A stretch of 63,213 nucleotides of DNA, the filler included, from Octopus bimaculoides (lineage: Eukaryota): assembly GCF_001194135.2 (NCBI RefSeq). It is 7 parts of 7 records of this genome, joined end to end, with 100 filler letters (N's around TTAATTAATTAA, not from the genome) between each part and the next. Parts side by side here need not be neighbours in the genome. Positions count along the whole stretch, not along the records: positions 7,624 to 18,246 come from NW_026429143.1; positions 18,347 to 40,243 come from NC_068996.1; 5 more parts are not named here. One strand, 5' to 3'. Shown here one piece after another: positions 12,441-27,026 of the stretch. The notes below the pieces were generated by a model. It searched no databases, had not been told where the DNA came from, and saw only the letters and a list, made by a program, of their open reading frames with translations. The translations under genes were made by a program, and so were the position numbers. Positions within the stretch are counted from its first letter, which is position 1. Every line of letters begins with the position of its first letter.

Positions 12441-13082
12441 CCAAGGTAATGCTAGTTTAGATATATTGCGGTTTGTCTTCACAACTTAGGGTATAAGAGC
12501 TAACGGGTTGCGGTGTTTATTCATATCCTGGTTATGTCACATCTCAATGTCTACAAAAGATATGTTATGCTTGCAGGTGCTTGGGTGCATGTACATCCTA
12601 TGGATTCGTGTCTGGTAATTGGTGTCATCTCCTTTGAAATAAACTTGTTGACATGTTGACAAGAAGTAAGACTTTACTTATTTCATAAACATAAAACCCC
12701 ACCTCACACACTATGTCTTTAGTTTAACGTGTGTAAACTGTAATGTACCTCGAAACAACGCAATGTAATCGCTTTTACTTGTCATGCGATGTGTATGAAT
12801 ATTCGTACCCTTAGTTGAATGTCTGAGTATTTTTGGTAGTTGAGGGTTGCATACACTAAGTTTTGACAAATTATAAGCGTTAAATTTATGCATAAATTTC
12901 TTCACCCTCTTTCCACTAATATTTTTCTCTCTCCTTTTCTCTCCCTCTCTTTTTCTCTCTCTTTCTCGCTCTCTTTTTCTCTCTCTTTCTCGCTCTCTTT
13001 TTCTCTCTCTTTCTCTCCACACACATACTCATACATGCACGCACACTGATATACTGTTATGTGTATTTGTACATATTTGTGT

Positions 13083-13117
<35 letters not shown>

Positions 13118-13541
13118 GTTTTCAAATATAATCTTTATGTTGAACCGTTGTCAGAGTGTGGATTTCTGATCCACAGGTCCTTCTGCAACATCAGTTAGAA
13201 TTTATAAGGGAAAATAGATTTATTTTATACTAGATTAATAGGAAGATTGCATGTAGGAGCTCTCTGTCACCTCAGTCGACCATGCGTATACGATATCGTT
13301 TGAAATTTAATATGAAATACCTTTGTCAATATGAGTATAAACGCCATTTGTATGTTCCGTAGTGATTTTCAGTCGAATCATAATTTATCAGACATAGTAA
13401 GTGCGATAAGAAATTATATATCCTTTTCTTCACCTTATTCATGAGCTTGAAGATATCAAATTTACAAACGGTTTTTAAAAGTAATGGCGGTCTTCGGTTT
13501 TCAGAAACGAATATTCAGCCATCATTGACCGTATTTCCAGA

Positions 13542-13592
<51 letters not shown>

Positions 13593-15637
13593 CCCTCCCT
13601 CACTCTCTCTCTCCCTCCTTCTTTCACCTACTCTCTTCCCTTCCCCCCCTTTCTCTTTAACGCACATTTTCAACTGGTACTTCAAAGATATTTCTTGAAT
13701 TTTCTGTGTTGACTAACAAGATTGACTGAAATGTTTAAAACTGTTCTGTTTTTACTTTCAACTGTTTAAAAAACAGAAATAGTAAAACTTTATGATTGTA
13801 AAACAATAAATTTGGCAGAAGGCACCATCGAACTGTCCGTTAATTCATTTCAACATACTAAAATAATTCCATTTCAAATCACAAACGAAACAATGATTTC
13901 TTGAGCTAAGCTCAGTGTAAAGTTATACAACAGTCTACAATACAGCATTCTAGAAAAAATAATGGATTTAAATTTTGGTAAAGTGCCAATAATTTGGAAG
14001 GAAGTGGTCTAATCGTTTACAGTGACCTCAGTACTTCACTGATACTTTATTTATTTGACCTCGGTGCCGCTAAGCGTTGTCCGACGCGCTTAACGATTCT
14101 GCTAGCTCGCCACTTTCATTCCGGATAGAATGATAATAATAATAACTCCCAAAAGGTGGACAAAAAATGTGAGGAATATTATTCATAACACCTCGTTCAG
14201 AAGATAGCAACACCGAACGTATACAACGATAATTAATGATATTTCTTCCACAATCAGACGTAGATAAGTTCTGTTTGAACTTATGTTATCTGAAATCCGC
14301 TGGACAGATTTGGCGATCGCTGAGTTTTTTCTATATAATTACATGTCTGAGGCGAAATAATGAAGTAAAATATTTATGTGAAATAGTGGGATGGACGAAA
14401 GACAGTACGGACGACGACACTGAGAGATTAATGCATTGCATAGGTTCTGGGNNNNNNNNNNNNNNNNNNNNNNNNNNNNNNNNNNNNNNNNNNNNNGGGG
14501 GGGGGGGGTAATATATAGTTTGTGAGTTCAAAGAAGCAGAAGTCAATGTAACAGAAGAAAAGAAGGGGAAAATAAAATAAAAAACATCTGTATACCAATG
14601 ATTGTAATGTGTTAGTGAGTGATGTTTTGCCAATCACTTGGACTACCCCTTTTTTGTTGTTTGTGGAATTGCAATATCGGTCCGTATTGAAATTGTGCAA
14701 AGGTTGGTGGATTGATTAGAGTTGAATTATAACCTTGCCTTGAAAAGAAAGCTAAAGGTGTAGTGTTACATTTAATAGGTACGTGTAACGAATGTATCTT
14801 TATGCAGTTGAAAGAAAGTAGGTTGTCTTGTCATCAATGTTGCTGTTCGGGAAGGCAGTACATGTCATACATGCGGTGTCTAGATTGTGTGCGTATGAAA
14901 TCTATGTACAGAGATTACAGTAGACTGAAAGATAACATCATCTACACACAAAAGTTTGACCTTCGAAATGACAGCAAAAATAATTATTAATGTAGAGAAA
15001 AAATGTAAAAGTCAACTGAATCTTGGTTACCTCCAGTACAATACAGAATATGTTACATACATATGCTTGTATGTATGTATGCATTATGTGTGTGTGTATG
15101 TATGTATGTGTGTGTGTATGTATGCATTATGTGTGTGTGTGTGTCCGCGCGCGCACGCATATTAAGAACACTTCAACAAACGAGCACCAGGAGCACTGGA
15201 GATATATACACAATCATAGTATTAGTTTCAAACCGGAATGAAAAAGGAAGAAAGTTCTAACAATGTTCTTACGTTTCGGACTGATTTTCTTTCATCAAAG
15301 AAAAGAAAGGAAGAAAAGGGAAATAAGAACAGAGATACATGACAGAATTTCATTATACTAGGTTGATGTACAGTTTATATCTATACTACAAAGAAACTGT
15401 ACTGGACCTAGTTCCAGAGAACTATTTTCTCGTCCTTGTTCATTCTTTCCTTTCTAGTTTTTCTTTTATTAACTATTCAAAAGTTAAGAATTTTCTTAGA
15501 AAATTATACTTGTCTTCATGGTAGCGTGATGCTAAAATAAAATATTCCTGTTGTTCGTACTTCTTTTTCTTTAAGATACTTCTTGGTATTTTCCCGTGCC
15601 GACAGGATACCATTATTCGGATTACACTGTGTCTGCG

Positions 15638-15676
<39 letters not shown>

Positions 15677-15820
15677 CAAGTAGGGGTTGAACTAACTTAA
15701 ATTTTCGTCAGTATCTATTAGAATAAGTACCAGTTATATATTTAGGAGATTTACCTTCCATTCAAATTTGTTTCCAAGCTTCAAAGATGTAAATCAATAT
15801 CATTATTAAATAACGTTAAG

Positions 15821-16030
15821 GCTAAAATCTGGCTGATTCGTTAGCGTGTCGCACAAAAAGCTTAGCGGCATTTCTTTCAGCTCTTTATATTTTTGATTCA
15901 AATTCCGTTGAGATTAACTTTGCCAGTCATTCTTTCGGGGACGATATAATAAGTACCAATTGAACATTGAGGTCGATGTAATCGTCCAACTCTTTCCACT
16001 GAAAAATTTGCAGGTCTTGTGCCAAATATA
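15821..16030 (+). mobile_element. SINE family A, diverged
   Basis: gttagcgtgtcgcacaaaaagcttagcggcatttc...ttcaaattccgttgag...aagtacca...gtcttgtgccaaa. Confidence 0.7.
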
Positions 16031-16600
16031 AGAAAGAATTGTGAAGGGCAGTTGGCGTTACAGAAACAGTATAATATTACACCAGATGTGTCATTACATG
16101 TTTTTATGCTCGTATACTTTAGATTTCAGAGTCAATGGATAAAATAAAAATCATATACTAATCTGATTCAATTAACTATACATTTCACTTACTAATTTTA
16201 GGTCTTGTGTCATTGCAAAAATCAATATTTAGCTATTAAGGAATTATATAATTAAATGATAGTGCGATGATAAGAAAATAATTTTGTGGAAAACAGTCAC
16301 TAGAGTTCGTTTTATTACCATTCAACTACCAAAACATTTGATTTTCACTAACCAATTATACATTGATTGCACAAACATCATGCAGCAAATTTTTCTTAGC
16401 AAATGATTGTACTATATTATTAACAGGGGCCAGTTAAATTATTGTGTTGATGTTGTTCCAAATCTTTTCCTGAGTTAAGCTTGAAGATAAGTAGAGTCGA
16501 TCTGAGTAACTGTATCCTCAACAGAACATGGAATATGATAACGAACTCGAATGCAATTTTTTTTTAAATGTTAAAACTTAGTTAATGTATGATAATGTTA

Positions 16601-16838
16601 ATACCTATTTCGTTATTGCCCACAAGGGGATATACATAGAGGGAACAAACAAGAACAGACGAACGGATTAAGTCGATTACATCGACCCCAGTGCGTAACT
16701 GGTACTTAATTTATCGACCCCGAAAGGATGAAAGGCAAAGTCGACCTCGGCGGAATTTGAACTCAGAACGTAACGGCAGACGAAATACCGCTAAACATTT
16801 CGCCCGGCGTGCTAACGATTCTGCCAGCTCGCCGCCTT
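16601..16838 (-). mobile_element. SINE family A, young copy with variant tail
   Basis: Reverse complement reads aaggcggcgagctggcagaatcgttagcacgccgggcgaaatg...gagttcaaattccgccgaggtcgactttgcctttcatcc, a well-preserved head and body. Confidence 0.9.
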
Positions 16839-17801
16839 AATGTTAATACCATCCATCATATAAATGATATACTTTAAGCATAATATTTTATAATCCTAAT
16901 ATTTATAACAATAAATAATATTTATATTACTATATATTATTCACACCTCTGGCGCAATATATGTACTGCAGGAGCTGAATAAAGCAAGAAATTCAACACA
17001 GAAAATATTTTCATTTTTCTGCTGTATCTTTTATGAATATTCTTTATAGAATTATTGAACGTCAGGACTTCGCATTTTTTCTCCAAGATCTTTATGATTA
17101 CTTTTCAAACAAATCGCTATATTTCTAATATCTTAAGTGCTTTACCTTAAGCTGAAAGCTCACAGAAAGACGGGTTTAATTCGTCGCTGAAGCCATTTCA
17201 CTTCAGATACACTGCAACATAAACCATTCCACTGAAACCGTTAGGAAAGACAAAAATATAAAACTTATTCAAATAAATCGTTTATTTCAATGGCGCCAGT
17301 TTTATCGATGACATCTAACGATTATCTTGCAAAGATATGATGGTGGTGGTAGTGACGAGGACTGGGGTGATATTTTCCTTTCAGAGAGATTTTGAAGTGA
17401 TTATCTTCAATATTTATGATACTGGTATTGTTTAAAGAAACTCCTCATGTTGATGGAGTTATTATGACATGTAAAGTGACATTGATTGATACAACTAACA
17501 GTGTGCGGTAATTACTTTTGTCTCTGTAGTCCGGGTTCAAATCTTAAACGTGATCAGATTTGTCTTTCATCTTCGATATAAAAAAAAAAAAGAAACTAGA
17601 TATTTTATTTTGTCAAGAATCAACAAAATACGATCTAACAATAACATTAGGCTTGATTCAATGAATTATATTCTTATTCCTAGAAACCTTGGCTTCGTAC
17701 ATTAACAAGAAATCGTTATGGCATATATGTCACAGCACATGTCATAACAAAATATACGAATATCACCTACATTATAGATTAAAATATTTTCTAGCATACT
17801 A

Positions 17802-18179
17802 CAGCAGAACCTCGCAGTACGAGTCCACCATTGTACGAGTAATTTGCTGTACGAGCCGAGACTCGTTCAAATTTTTGTCTTGAAGTACGAGCGGAAATCT
17901 GCAGTACGAGCATACAAATCGTCCCACCTTTAAGGTAATTCAGTTAATAAAACCAGTTTACATATTTCTTTTGCATTCTCTTTTTTATCATTGTCATTTT
18001 ACTTGTAACTACACCTTTTCTGTTTTAAAACCCATAGAAAATCATTTTTGAGTGGTTTGGTGGGGCTGGAACGAATTAATTATATTTTAGTTAATTTCAA
18101 TGAGGAAAATTGATTTGTAAAACGGGTAATTCGATCTTGGTCATGGAATGAATTAAACTCGTACTGCGAGGTGTCACTG
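17802..18179. mobile_element. pogo/Tigger-type MITE
   Basis: TA duplications at 17800-01 and 18180-81. TIRs cagcagaacctcgcagtacgagt / actcgtactgcgaggtgtcactg. No ORF. Confidence 0.85.
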
Positions 18180-18346
18180 TATTACGTTTATGAATATTAT
18201 TCTTTACACAGTACTGGGCTGATTTTTTTTAATCGAGAGATAAGGTNNNNNNNNNNNNNNNNNNNNNNNNNNNNNNNNNNNNNNNNNNNNTTAATTAATT
18301 AANNNNNNNNNNNNNNNNNNNNNNNNNNNNNNNNNNNNNNNNNNNN

Positions 18347-18409
<63 letters not shown>

Positions 18410-18468
18410 TATTATTATTATTATTATTCAGTAGTTTATTATTATTATTGTTGTTGTTGTTGTTGTTA

Positions 18469-18549
<81 letters not shown>

Positions 18550-18788
18550 GAACTGTTATTCTGCTTTATCGCTAATTGATTTTCCACGTTTTCGTTCATC
18601 TTCTTAATGAATAAGTATTCCCACGATCTTGATGCATAATTATTTTCAACATACTGGTTCATAGAGTTTTCTTTCTAGATTTTCTAGGACATTAAAGAAA
18701 TATTTCTTCCATGTACGAATAATTCTAATATTTATACATTCAATATAAATTATTATTATCATTGTTGTTATTATTGTTGTTGTTGTTG

Positions 18789-18909
<121 letters not shown>

Positions 18910-18930
18910 CATTATTATTATTATTATTAT

Positions 18931-19169
18931 TGTTCAGTAGTTTTATTTTTATAACGTGCTTTCACTTCACTACCGAGCGCAGCTCTGTGTGCCTTGGGTA
19001 TGTGCTGTAGTTTGCTGTGGTGCTCTTATGTTTACTGTATTGAAAGTGTTTTGCGTAGAATGTGTGCAGTGCCCATTAGTGCAATTTTCTGTATGTTATA
19101 TATATTTGTAAGTCCTGGTGTCTTTGTTATTGTAAGTCCTGTTGTTTTTGTTATGTAAGTCCTGGTGTT

Positions 19170-19172
<3 letters not shown>
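18931..19172 (-). mobile_element. 3' end of an R4/Dong-like RLE LINE
   Basis: Translates to ...NIYNIQKIALMGTAHILRKTLSIQ*, then a short 3' UTR ending actactgaac(AAT)n. (AAT)n flanks both sides. Confidence 0.85.
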
Positions 19173-19240
<68 letters not shown>

Positions 19241-20346
19241 GTTTCATAAATGCAGCGAAAGGAAATCAGTATACGTATTATTTTACGTACTATAAATTGG
19301 ACGACTTCGCCATTTCGCCATACTTAGAAACGAGTTGGAGAAATTACATTAAGTAATTAGTTTCAATTATACAAATAAGCTTAAAACGTTAACTGGAAAT
19401 AATATTAGTATTTTTTAAAAAACTACATAGGGTGCTGGATTACTCGTCCTATACTACATTTCACTTATTAGTAATGTAACAACGAAACATGAAAAACAAA
19501 TAAATTTATTAAAAGAGAGAACTAAGAATAGAATAAAAAATGAGCTTCTACTGTAACCAGGGATGAAAAACTCCTAATATAAGAAAACATTATGAACTAA
19601 GAATATATAACCAAAGCTGAAGAACTAAAAATATTACTGATGTTGAATAAAAAATAAAACAAAAGATGAGAAGCCAAGGATATAACAAAATATAAACAAA
19701 GTATAACCTAAGATAAAGATCCAGTAGTTCTCAACAAAGATTAAAAACAAAGCATAAACATAAAAATAAAGAAATCAACAAAGAATATAAACAATTTTGA
19801 ATAACCAAGAATATAACTAAAAAAAATCCATCGTAGATGGACAAAAAAACAACAATATAAACGTAGATAAATTAGTAGGAAAAAAGAACCCCGACAGTTA
19901 GGAAGCAACAATATAACCAGCAATGATGAACCGAATATATGGTAAAAAAATGGGGGGAAAAAAAAGGATTGGGGGGTATCAAACAAAAATTTAACAAAAA
20001 AATTGAGATGCAAGACCCTGCAAAATCGAATTTTACCACAGAATGAGCTCAAAGTAGAATGCACACACTGCAAAAAACTTAAATAGATTGTGAAAGATTG
20101 GAACAAAAGTAAAAACCAGATAAAGGAAAAGATGAAGACAATGAAAGATGACAAGAGACGAAGGCAACTGCAGGAGATGAACAAGGAACAATAACAACTG
20201 CAAAATGTTAATGCACCTTTAAAACACAAGAAATGTTAATGCACCTTTAAATGTTAAACTAGAAATGTTAAAGCACCTTTAAAACACAAAGAGATATGGC
20301 AAATAATCTCCATATACACACATACACACACATGCATACATACACG

Positions 20347-20390
<44 letters not shown>

Positions 20391-21248
20391 TGTATACATG
20401 TGTCTGTGTGCGCGCGCGTTTGTGTGTATGCAAGCATATGTCCGTGTGTAATATATGCGTACACACACATGCGCAGATACAAGCACACTTTATATACACA
20501 TAGAAACACGTACATACACATGCAATAGATGTTTATAAGTTCACGTGGTATGATTCCTAACGACGAGAGACCAGATAAACGCATCATACACAGCGCTACA
20601 AATATTAAATTTGTAGAGCTCTGCAACATTTTCTTTTTCTTCTTTCCCCCAACACCACCTCTCTCCTTTCTCTTTTTACTCTTGATACGGTACATACTTT
20701 TTGTTTATAAGCCTCTCGTTCTTTTTATTCATATATANNNNNNNNNNNNNNNNNNNNNNNNNNNNNNNNNNNNNNNNNNNNNNNNNNNNNNNNNNNNNNN
20801 NNNNNNNNNNNNNNNNNNNNNNNNNNNNNNNNNNNNNNNNNNNNNNNNNNNNNNNNNNNNNNNNNNNNNNNNNNNNNNNNNNNNNNNNNNNNNNNNNNNN
20901 NNNNNNNNNNNNNNNNNNNNNNNNNNNNNNNNNNNNNNNNNNNNNNNNNNNNNNNNNNNNNNNNNNNNNNNNNNNNNNNNNNNNNNNNNNNNNNNNNNNN
21001 NNNNNNNNNNNNCTAACATGGCTATCTGTTCCACAAATCAGCTTTTTCAAACTAAACAAAACATCAACGCAAGTACGCTCTCAGATCATTTCTTTTTTTA
21101 GAGTTATTCCGTTGGTATTGTAGATATCTTAGGTTATGAAAAGAGAAAGAACATTGCTGGAAACTAGGTATGCACGAGTGGAGTATGAACAACACACGGA
21201 TTGACAAATGAGAAAAAAAGTTCCAACAGGCCAAGCATTAAATCAACT

Positions 21249-21284
<36 letters not shown>

Positions 21285-21303
21285 CTCTCTCTCTCACTCT
21301 CTG

Positions 21304-21338
<35 letters not shown>

Positions 21339-22132
21339 CACGCGCGCGCGGACATGTAGGTACATACATACACGTATTCAAACACAGACACGCAAACACA
21401 CGTACGAACATACAAATACAGATATTCTCACACGTATACATTGATATATACGTACAAATGCACAATAAAAAATAATAAGTATAGTAGTGGTTGAGGAGGA
21501 TTCTTATAACTATCTCTTGTTACATACACACATGCATATTTACAGTATCATGTATTCGTATTTATGGAAAACAACGTATCTTTTATACAAGTTTTAGTTT
21601 AAAAAAATGACTATGACTCGGTTTATCTTTTTATAAAGATTTTTCGTTTTTCCGCGTCTTTTTCGGTTTGTTTGGAACAGTAAAGTTCTTACAACCTTCT
21701 AGAGTTACACAGTATCATCATTAGGATATAAAATATATTTGGCTTCTTTATTGCCGTTTTTATAGTGGTCGAATTTACGTAGACTTTACCAACGAGAATT
21801 TTGACCGTTAGGCTACATCCATACAATATAAAATTTCTTAGAAAAATAGACTATTTATTATGGAAGCAACGCTATCATAACACAATCCAAAAATAAGCAC
21901 ATAAACATCATCCATCAGAGAGGTTAAGAGAGAGATGGGAGGGGAAGAGAGTAATAAGTTCTATATTATGCAGGTACATTCATACACATACAGACACGCC
22001 CTATGAACAAATATTTGGGTTCATATAAGGCACATCTTCCAACTGCAGTTTTCTAGGGTTACAGATCTATTGTTAGCATTGTATTCAAGTGTGTTGTGTT
22101 TCGTTAGTAAAACAACAGGTTCTGTCACTTAC

Positions 22133-22253
22133 CTCCAGATAATAATTGTGATCACGTTCTTTTGATGTCAAAGCACTTGCAATGGAGAATACCAATCCAA
22201 GGGCAATAATGATAAGAGCATAGAGGCAGCACACCAATTTTGTCAAAGCAGAT
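22133..22253 (-). CDS. Otop: Coding exon of an otopetrin-like proton channel, first transmembrane helix: SALTKLVCCLYALIIIALGLVFSIASALTSKERDHNYYLE
   Basis: Acceptor tttctttctccag|A and donor CTGGAG|gtaagt. 121 nt = 1 nt + 40 codons with no stops. The hydrophobic helix LYALIIIALGLVF followed by ...YYLE resembles invertebrate otopetrin TM1 and the TM1-TM2 loop (recalled pattern LYAxxxxxLGxVF...xxE). Family assignment is from recognition, not a database search. Confidence 0.7.
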
Positions 22254-22289
22254 CTGGAGAAAGAAATAATTATAATAATAATAATAATA

Positions 22290-22321
<32 letters not shown>

Positions 22322-22799
22322 AATGATGATGATGATGAGGAGGAGGAGGAGGAGGGAAATGATGTCATGTCAAATTTTGACAATTTTAGTGATAGTGTGA
22401 ATCAGTCGATACATTGTCTAGTATTTTATTTTACTAACACAAAAGGGTGAAAGGCAAAGTTGAAAGCATAACGACGCCCTCCACCGCCACTGCCTATGAG
22501 AATGAAGGTAAGCTCCTAATTTAGGTACAAAGCCAGCAACTTTGAGATGGGTTTCTTTTGCCGATACCATCAACCCAAGTACTTTTGGCTGATAATTTAT
22601 TTCATCGACTTGCTAAATATTTTTCTTGCTCGAAATTATATACATGACATTGAAAATTTTATGCATAGCTGTCAAGGTTTTGCGAATAAATAAATAGAGA
22701 AAAGAAAAAAGAACACGTATACAAAGAAATAATAAAATGATGGATCGGGGTATCATGACAACGAAACAATTCCATTCAATCAAAACAACATGAAAGTGA

Positions 22800-25200
22800 C
22801 AGATTTAAAAAAAAGAATATATTTCTTTTTAAGGGTTGGCGCGGTTAGAAGATGGAAGCTCGGCGTAGATAATTGTGAAGAGATCATACAGAATGAGCAT
22901 TGAAAGAAATATAGCATGTCAGAAAGGGGACTGCAAAAAAGATCAGCGAAAGTAAAACTTAAGTGGGATATAAGTAAAATTCTGAAGAAACGAAGAGTAG
23001 AATAAAGAATTTCTAGGAGGAGGAAGAACTAAAAAAAAAAAAAAAAAGCGGGTTGTGTAGTAATGGATGACATGAGAGTAACACGAGGAGCAGGAAAACT
23101 TGCTCCATTACTCGCAGGCAGAAAAGGTTAGAACGAATCATGAACATTGTTTAGGCGGATGGAAATGATATTAGAAAATAGCTGGAGAAAATTTAAAAAG
23201 AAAAACGTACAAAATGGACGTAAAATTATCGTTGGAAACGATTATGATAACAGATTATAACAATGCAAAAGAAATAACTCGGATAAAGCGTTAGGGTCTA
23301 GTCAAGTGTTGCTGTTAATCTCAATTCTGATACAACATACTTACAAAAGAAGACAATCAAATCGTGGCTATCACTCTTTTTTCTAAAGAATTAACTAATA
23401 CTTCAAAGTGGTTATACGTTATTTAATGTGCCCCTTTCATTTTCAAAAATAGGTGTAATTTAAGGAAGAGTTTAGAATGAAGATAGAAGAGAACCTAACA
23501 AATTAGTTGAATGTGGGTCTATGGAAATACTTACTAAAGCTCTAAATAAACAAGTAGCTCAACGGAAAACATATATGAATGTAACAGGATCCTGAAAGAA
23601 ATTCTGACCAGAAACAAACTACTCCAATAGGAACGAACTGAATGATATGATGAGAAATGGGCTGGATCGTAATAGTTCTCAGACACTTCCACAAAATGAA
23701 AAGAAAATATACGACACAAAATTTAAAATAAAAATAAGACTAAGAGTAAGAAATACAATATTTACTTAGAAAAGTAGAGAAGTTGGGATCCAACTTGAAA
23801 TATAAAAAAATGAGAATGCAAATAACAAAAAGATGTATCACATAAATAAAAATAAGGAAGGTATCCTAGGTGCATAAGAATTGCTTAAACAAATCGTATC
23901 AGGAAATGTATACACATTTAGACGCTTTCAAATACATGAAAGTTTCTTTCTGAAAAAGAGTATTTTTTATTCAAATGCTATCGGGTTTTAGAGAGATATA
24001 AAAGGAAAAGAGAGGAAAACGAAAACTCTCAGCGCAGTAAAAAGTACAATGAATCATAACGAAAGAGGAAAATATGATAGTATGAACTACTAGCAGGACC
24101 CACATAACCAACAAGGGACTCGCCGATACATTAAAAATTGAAGGTAATTGGAAACTGAAGTACCTAACCAGTATCCATCTAGTATTCCATTCAAGGAACA
24201 GACAAGTAGAAGACCAAAATCAACACTTTATTAGTTGCCGGAGAGAGAAACAGCGTTAGTTTCCCCATGCAAAAATGCTAGAGTCTTCCACAACAATAGA
24301 CCTATAATTTGCTACCCAACAACATGCAGAATCATTATATATTACCAGAGAACAGAAAGGAGGTGCGAGAGACATATGGCTGAAAAGAACAGAAAGAACG
24401 GTGACTGAGAGCAGCAGAAAACAAATTTTACTATGGCTTGGATCAGTTACTAAAAAGCATTTGATAGTATTCCGCACTCTTTGATACTGGAGACATAAAG
24501 CAGCTCCAGTGCGAATAAAGTACATCAAACATGCCATGTAAAATGAAAAACAGCATCACTACAAGGCAAAGAAAAGAAAAAGAAAAAGTATCAAAACCAG
24601 CTCTATATATGTAAAAAGAGAAATCGCAGGATACTTCTTATATCTCCTACTATTTTGCATAGTTTTGCTTCTAATAATAAACAAGTTAGATGAAACCTCC
24701 AAATGTTATAAATGCTCTGGATAAATTTTAAGCTACTTTTATTTGATGGAAGAAGGCCTTAAATTAAAGGCAATTATTAAAATTAAAGACAGTTTATGGA
24801 TGACTTGATAATACTTAAAATGGATAATGTCCGATTAAAAATTATTCATAAATTCAACCCCCAAAACATAAAATTAAGTATAGCATTAGATAAACGAGTC
24901 AAAGCTAATGTAAAAAGTGAATTGACTAGAACTGAGAACATTAAATCACTCTGAGACAGTGAAAAAATTAGAGCGATTCCAGTATACAAATACGTAGGAG
25001 TAAACAAAAGCAATAATAATTACAACACAAACGTAATGGAGAAAATCAGAAGAGGAGTATTAGAGTCAGACCAATATGAAAAATGAAAGATAGTAGGTAG
25101 GTATGAATACTTTAAAGATCCTACTTATAAATTACAGCTTCTACATAGTAAACTGGTAATTAAGTGAACTGAAAGGCTTAGGTCTACCCCTCCTAAAACT
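22800..25200 (+). mobile_element. Highly decayed LINE ORF2/RT-like remnant
   Basis: A-rich plus strand with broken frames and RT-like fragments (DKALGSSQV resembling KAxGxD; LNVGSMEILTKALNKQ resembling LxNxxYKILTKxLxNR). Boundaries are approximate. Confidence 0.45.
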
Positions 25201-25406
25201 ACAACAAAAACAAAACAATCAACAATAACAAGCAAAGAAATAACTATAGTGTTCGAAAGCTACCACATCAAAGCTGATATAGATAGAATATATCTACTCT
25301 GCCCACATGGGGGTGGGAGCAGGATCTGATATAACTATAAAACTACTACAAAGCAAAAAAGAAATGTAAGACTAGAGAAAATACTTAGAAATAAGCAAAA
25401 GGAAAC

Positions 25407-25443
<37 letters not shown>

Positions 25444-25929
25444 TCTTTTCTCTCTTTGTAAAAGGAAACAATAAATTAGAAACTAGAAATAAACTACCAT
25501 GAAGAAAAGAACTTGAATTAGGACAAAACAATAGAAAAGATTAAAAAAGAAACAGTAGACAAAACACAAAACGGTATTCTAAAATAAACTAAAGATAAAA
25601 TGTAGGGGAAAAAAGCAGTCAATGGCTAATGCCCAGCAAGTCGCGACGGTGAAGAAAGCCAAACTGAAAATGTCTCAGAAGCTCTAGGTTAAAAACAGAA
25701 ACAGAAAGTCTGATATTAGTCGTGAAGCACCATTAGTTAGTCACAGATAGATTTTGAAAATAAAATAGTGACTTATAATGTAGAAATGCTTATAATAAGA
25801 CTTATAATAAGACATGTACTCGAAACCAAAGAACGTTTAAAACAAAATTCTTCATTTATTTTTTGCCAAGGATCCGCTTTTTTGCAAATCCACAATTATT
25901 CTTTGAACAAACCAAACTACCATTCCAAC

Positions 25930-26230
25930 TAAAACGATTTTATTGAAAATGAAGTCTAAACAATGCAGAACACGAATAACAATAAGAAGTGGAAAAATTT
26001 TAAGGATGAACAAGGATAGCAAAGCACATGGACGGTGACAGGAGAAATAAATATGCCAAGAAGTATCTCGGACGGTTTTTTCCTTGAAATCGCAGACGGA
26101 TGGAAAAAGAAAAAAGAGGACCTACTGGAATTTAAAGTCAGAGCAGAAGGAAATAGACCTAAATGCCGATGGTCATTTTGTCTCATAGGTTTGACCTTTA
26201 TTAGCAATTTTTTTAAATTAGATACTGCTT
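25930..26230 (+). mobile_element. Possible LINE ORF1 remnant
   Basis: Open frame ...LEFKVRAEGNRPKCRWSFC..., resembling the pre-zinc-knuckle segment of L1/Tx1-type ORF1. Confidence 0.35.
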
Positions 26231-26532
26231 AATTAGAAATATCATATCGGATGTGAAAGACGAAAATTGTAACCTTTAGCTGTGAGCAAAGTAAAGAGAA
26301 ATCCGTATAATTGGTTGATTATAGCTGATGAGGGTTTTCAGAGTGAAATGTAATCACAGATGGTTATTATACGTATATACATATACACATATATGCATAG
26401 GCATGTATACATATGCATATATACATTCATACATACATATACTGTAGGTCTATGTATGTATATATGTGGATATGTAAGTATATATATATATATNNNNNNN
26501 NNNNNNNNNNNNNNNNNNNNNNNNNNNNNNNT

Positions 26533-26563
<31 letters not shown>

Positions 26564-26995
26564 CTTAGTGAGCGAGAGAGGGAGAGCTTCAACAACAGAG
26601 GAGAAAGAGAAAAAGTAAAATATATTCTTGAAGGTTGTTCAAATTCAGGAGTTAACGAAGGTTTAATTTTATTGTTTTTGCCTGAGGAGTTAAGGGATAC
26701 ACTTTTACCAACATTGCTGATAAGATTCTTTAAACTGCAGATGCAAATACGTTTCTTTTGTTTCGTGAATGGTTTGTTGTATGTATATGATTTGAAACTT
26801 AAGGTAACATGTACGAAGTGAACTGCCATTATATTAGCAGTTATACACACACACTAGAACAACAACTATATATACAAACATATCAGAACAACTATACATA
26901 CATACATTTATACATACATACATACATGCATGCATGCATACATATATATATATATATATATATGCATACATACATACATGCATTTATACATACAT

Positions 26996-27026
<31 letters not shown>

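Noticed and set aside
19400-20290. A-rich block with a 162-aa Phe/Leu-rich antisense ORF and a short tandem aatgttaatgcacctttaa repeat
   Set aside because: The hydrophobic ORF is a by-product of strand bias. It is probably a decayed LINE region, but no diagnostic motif was found.
26325-26355. CTGATGA...GAAA at 26325 and a similar motif at 33404
   Set aside because: Stem II is weak or absent and stem I cannot be formed. At most these are decayed relics.
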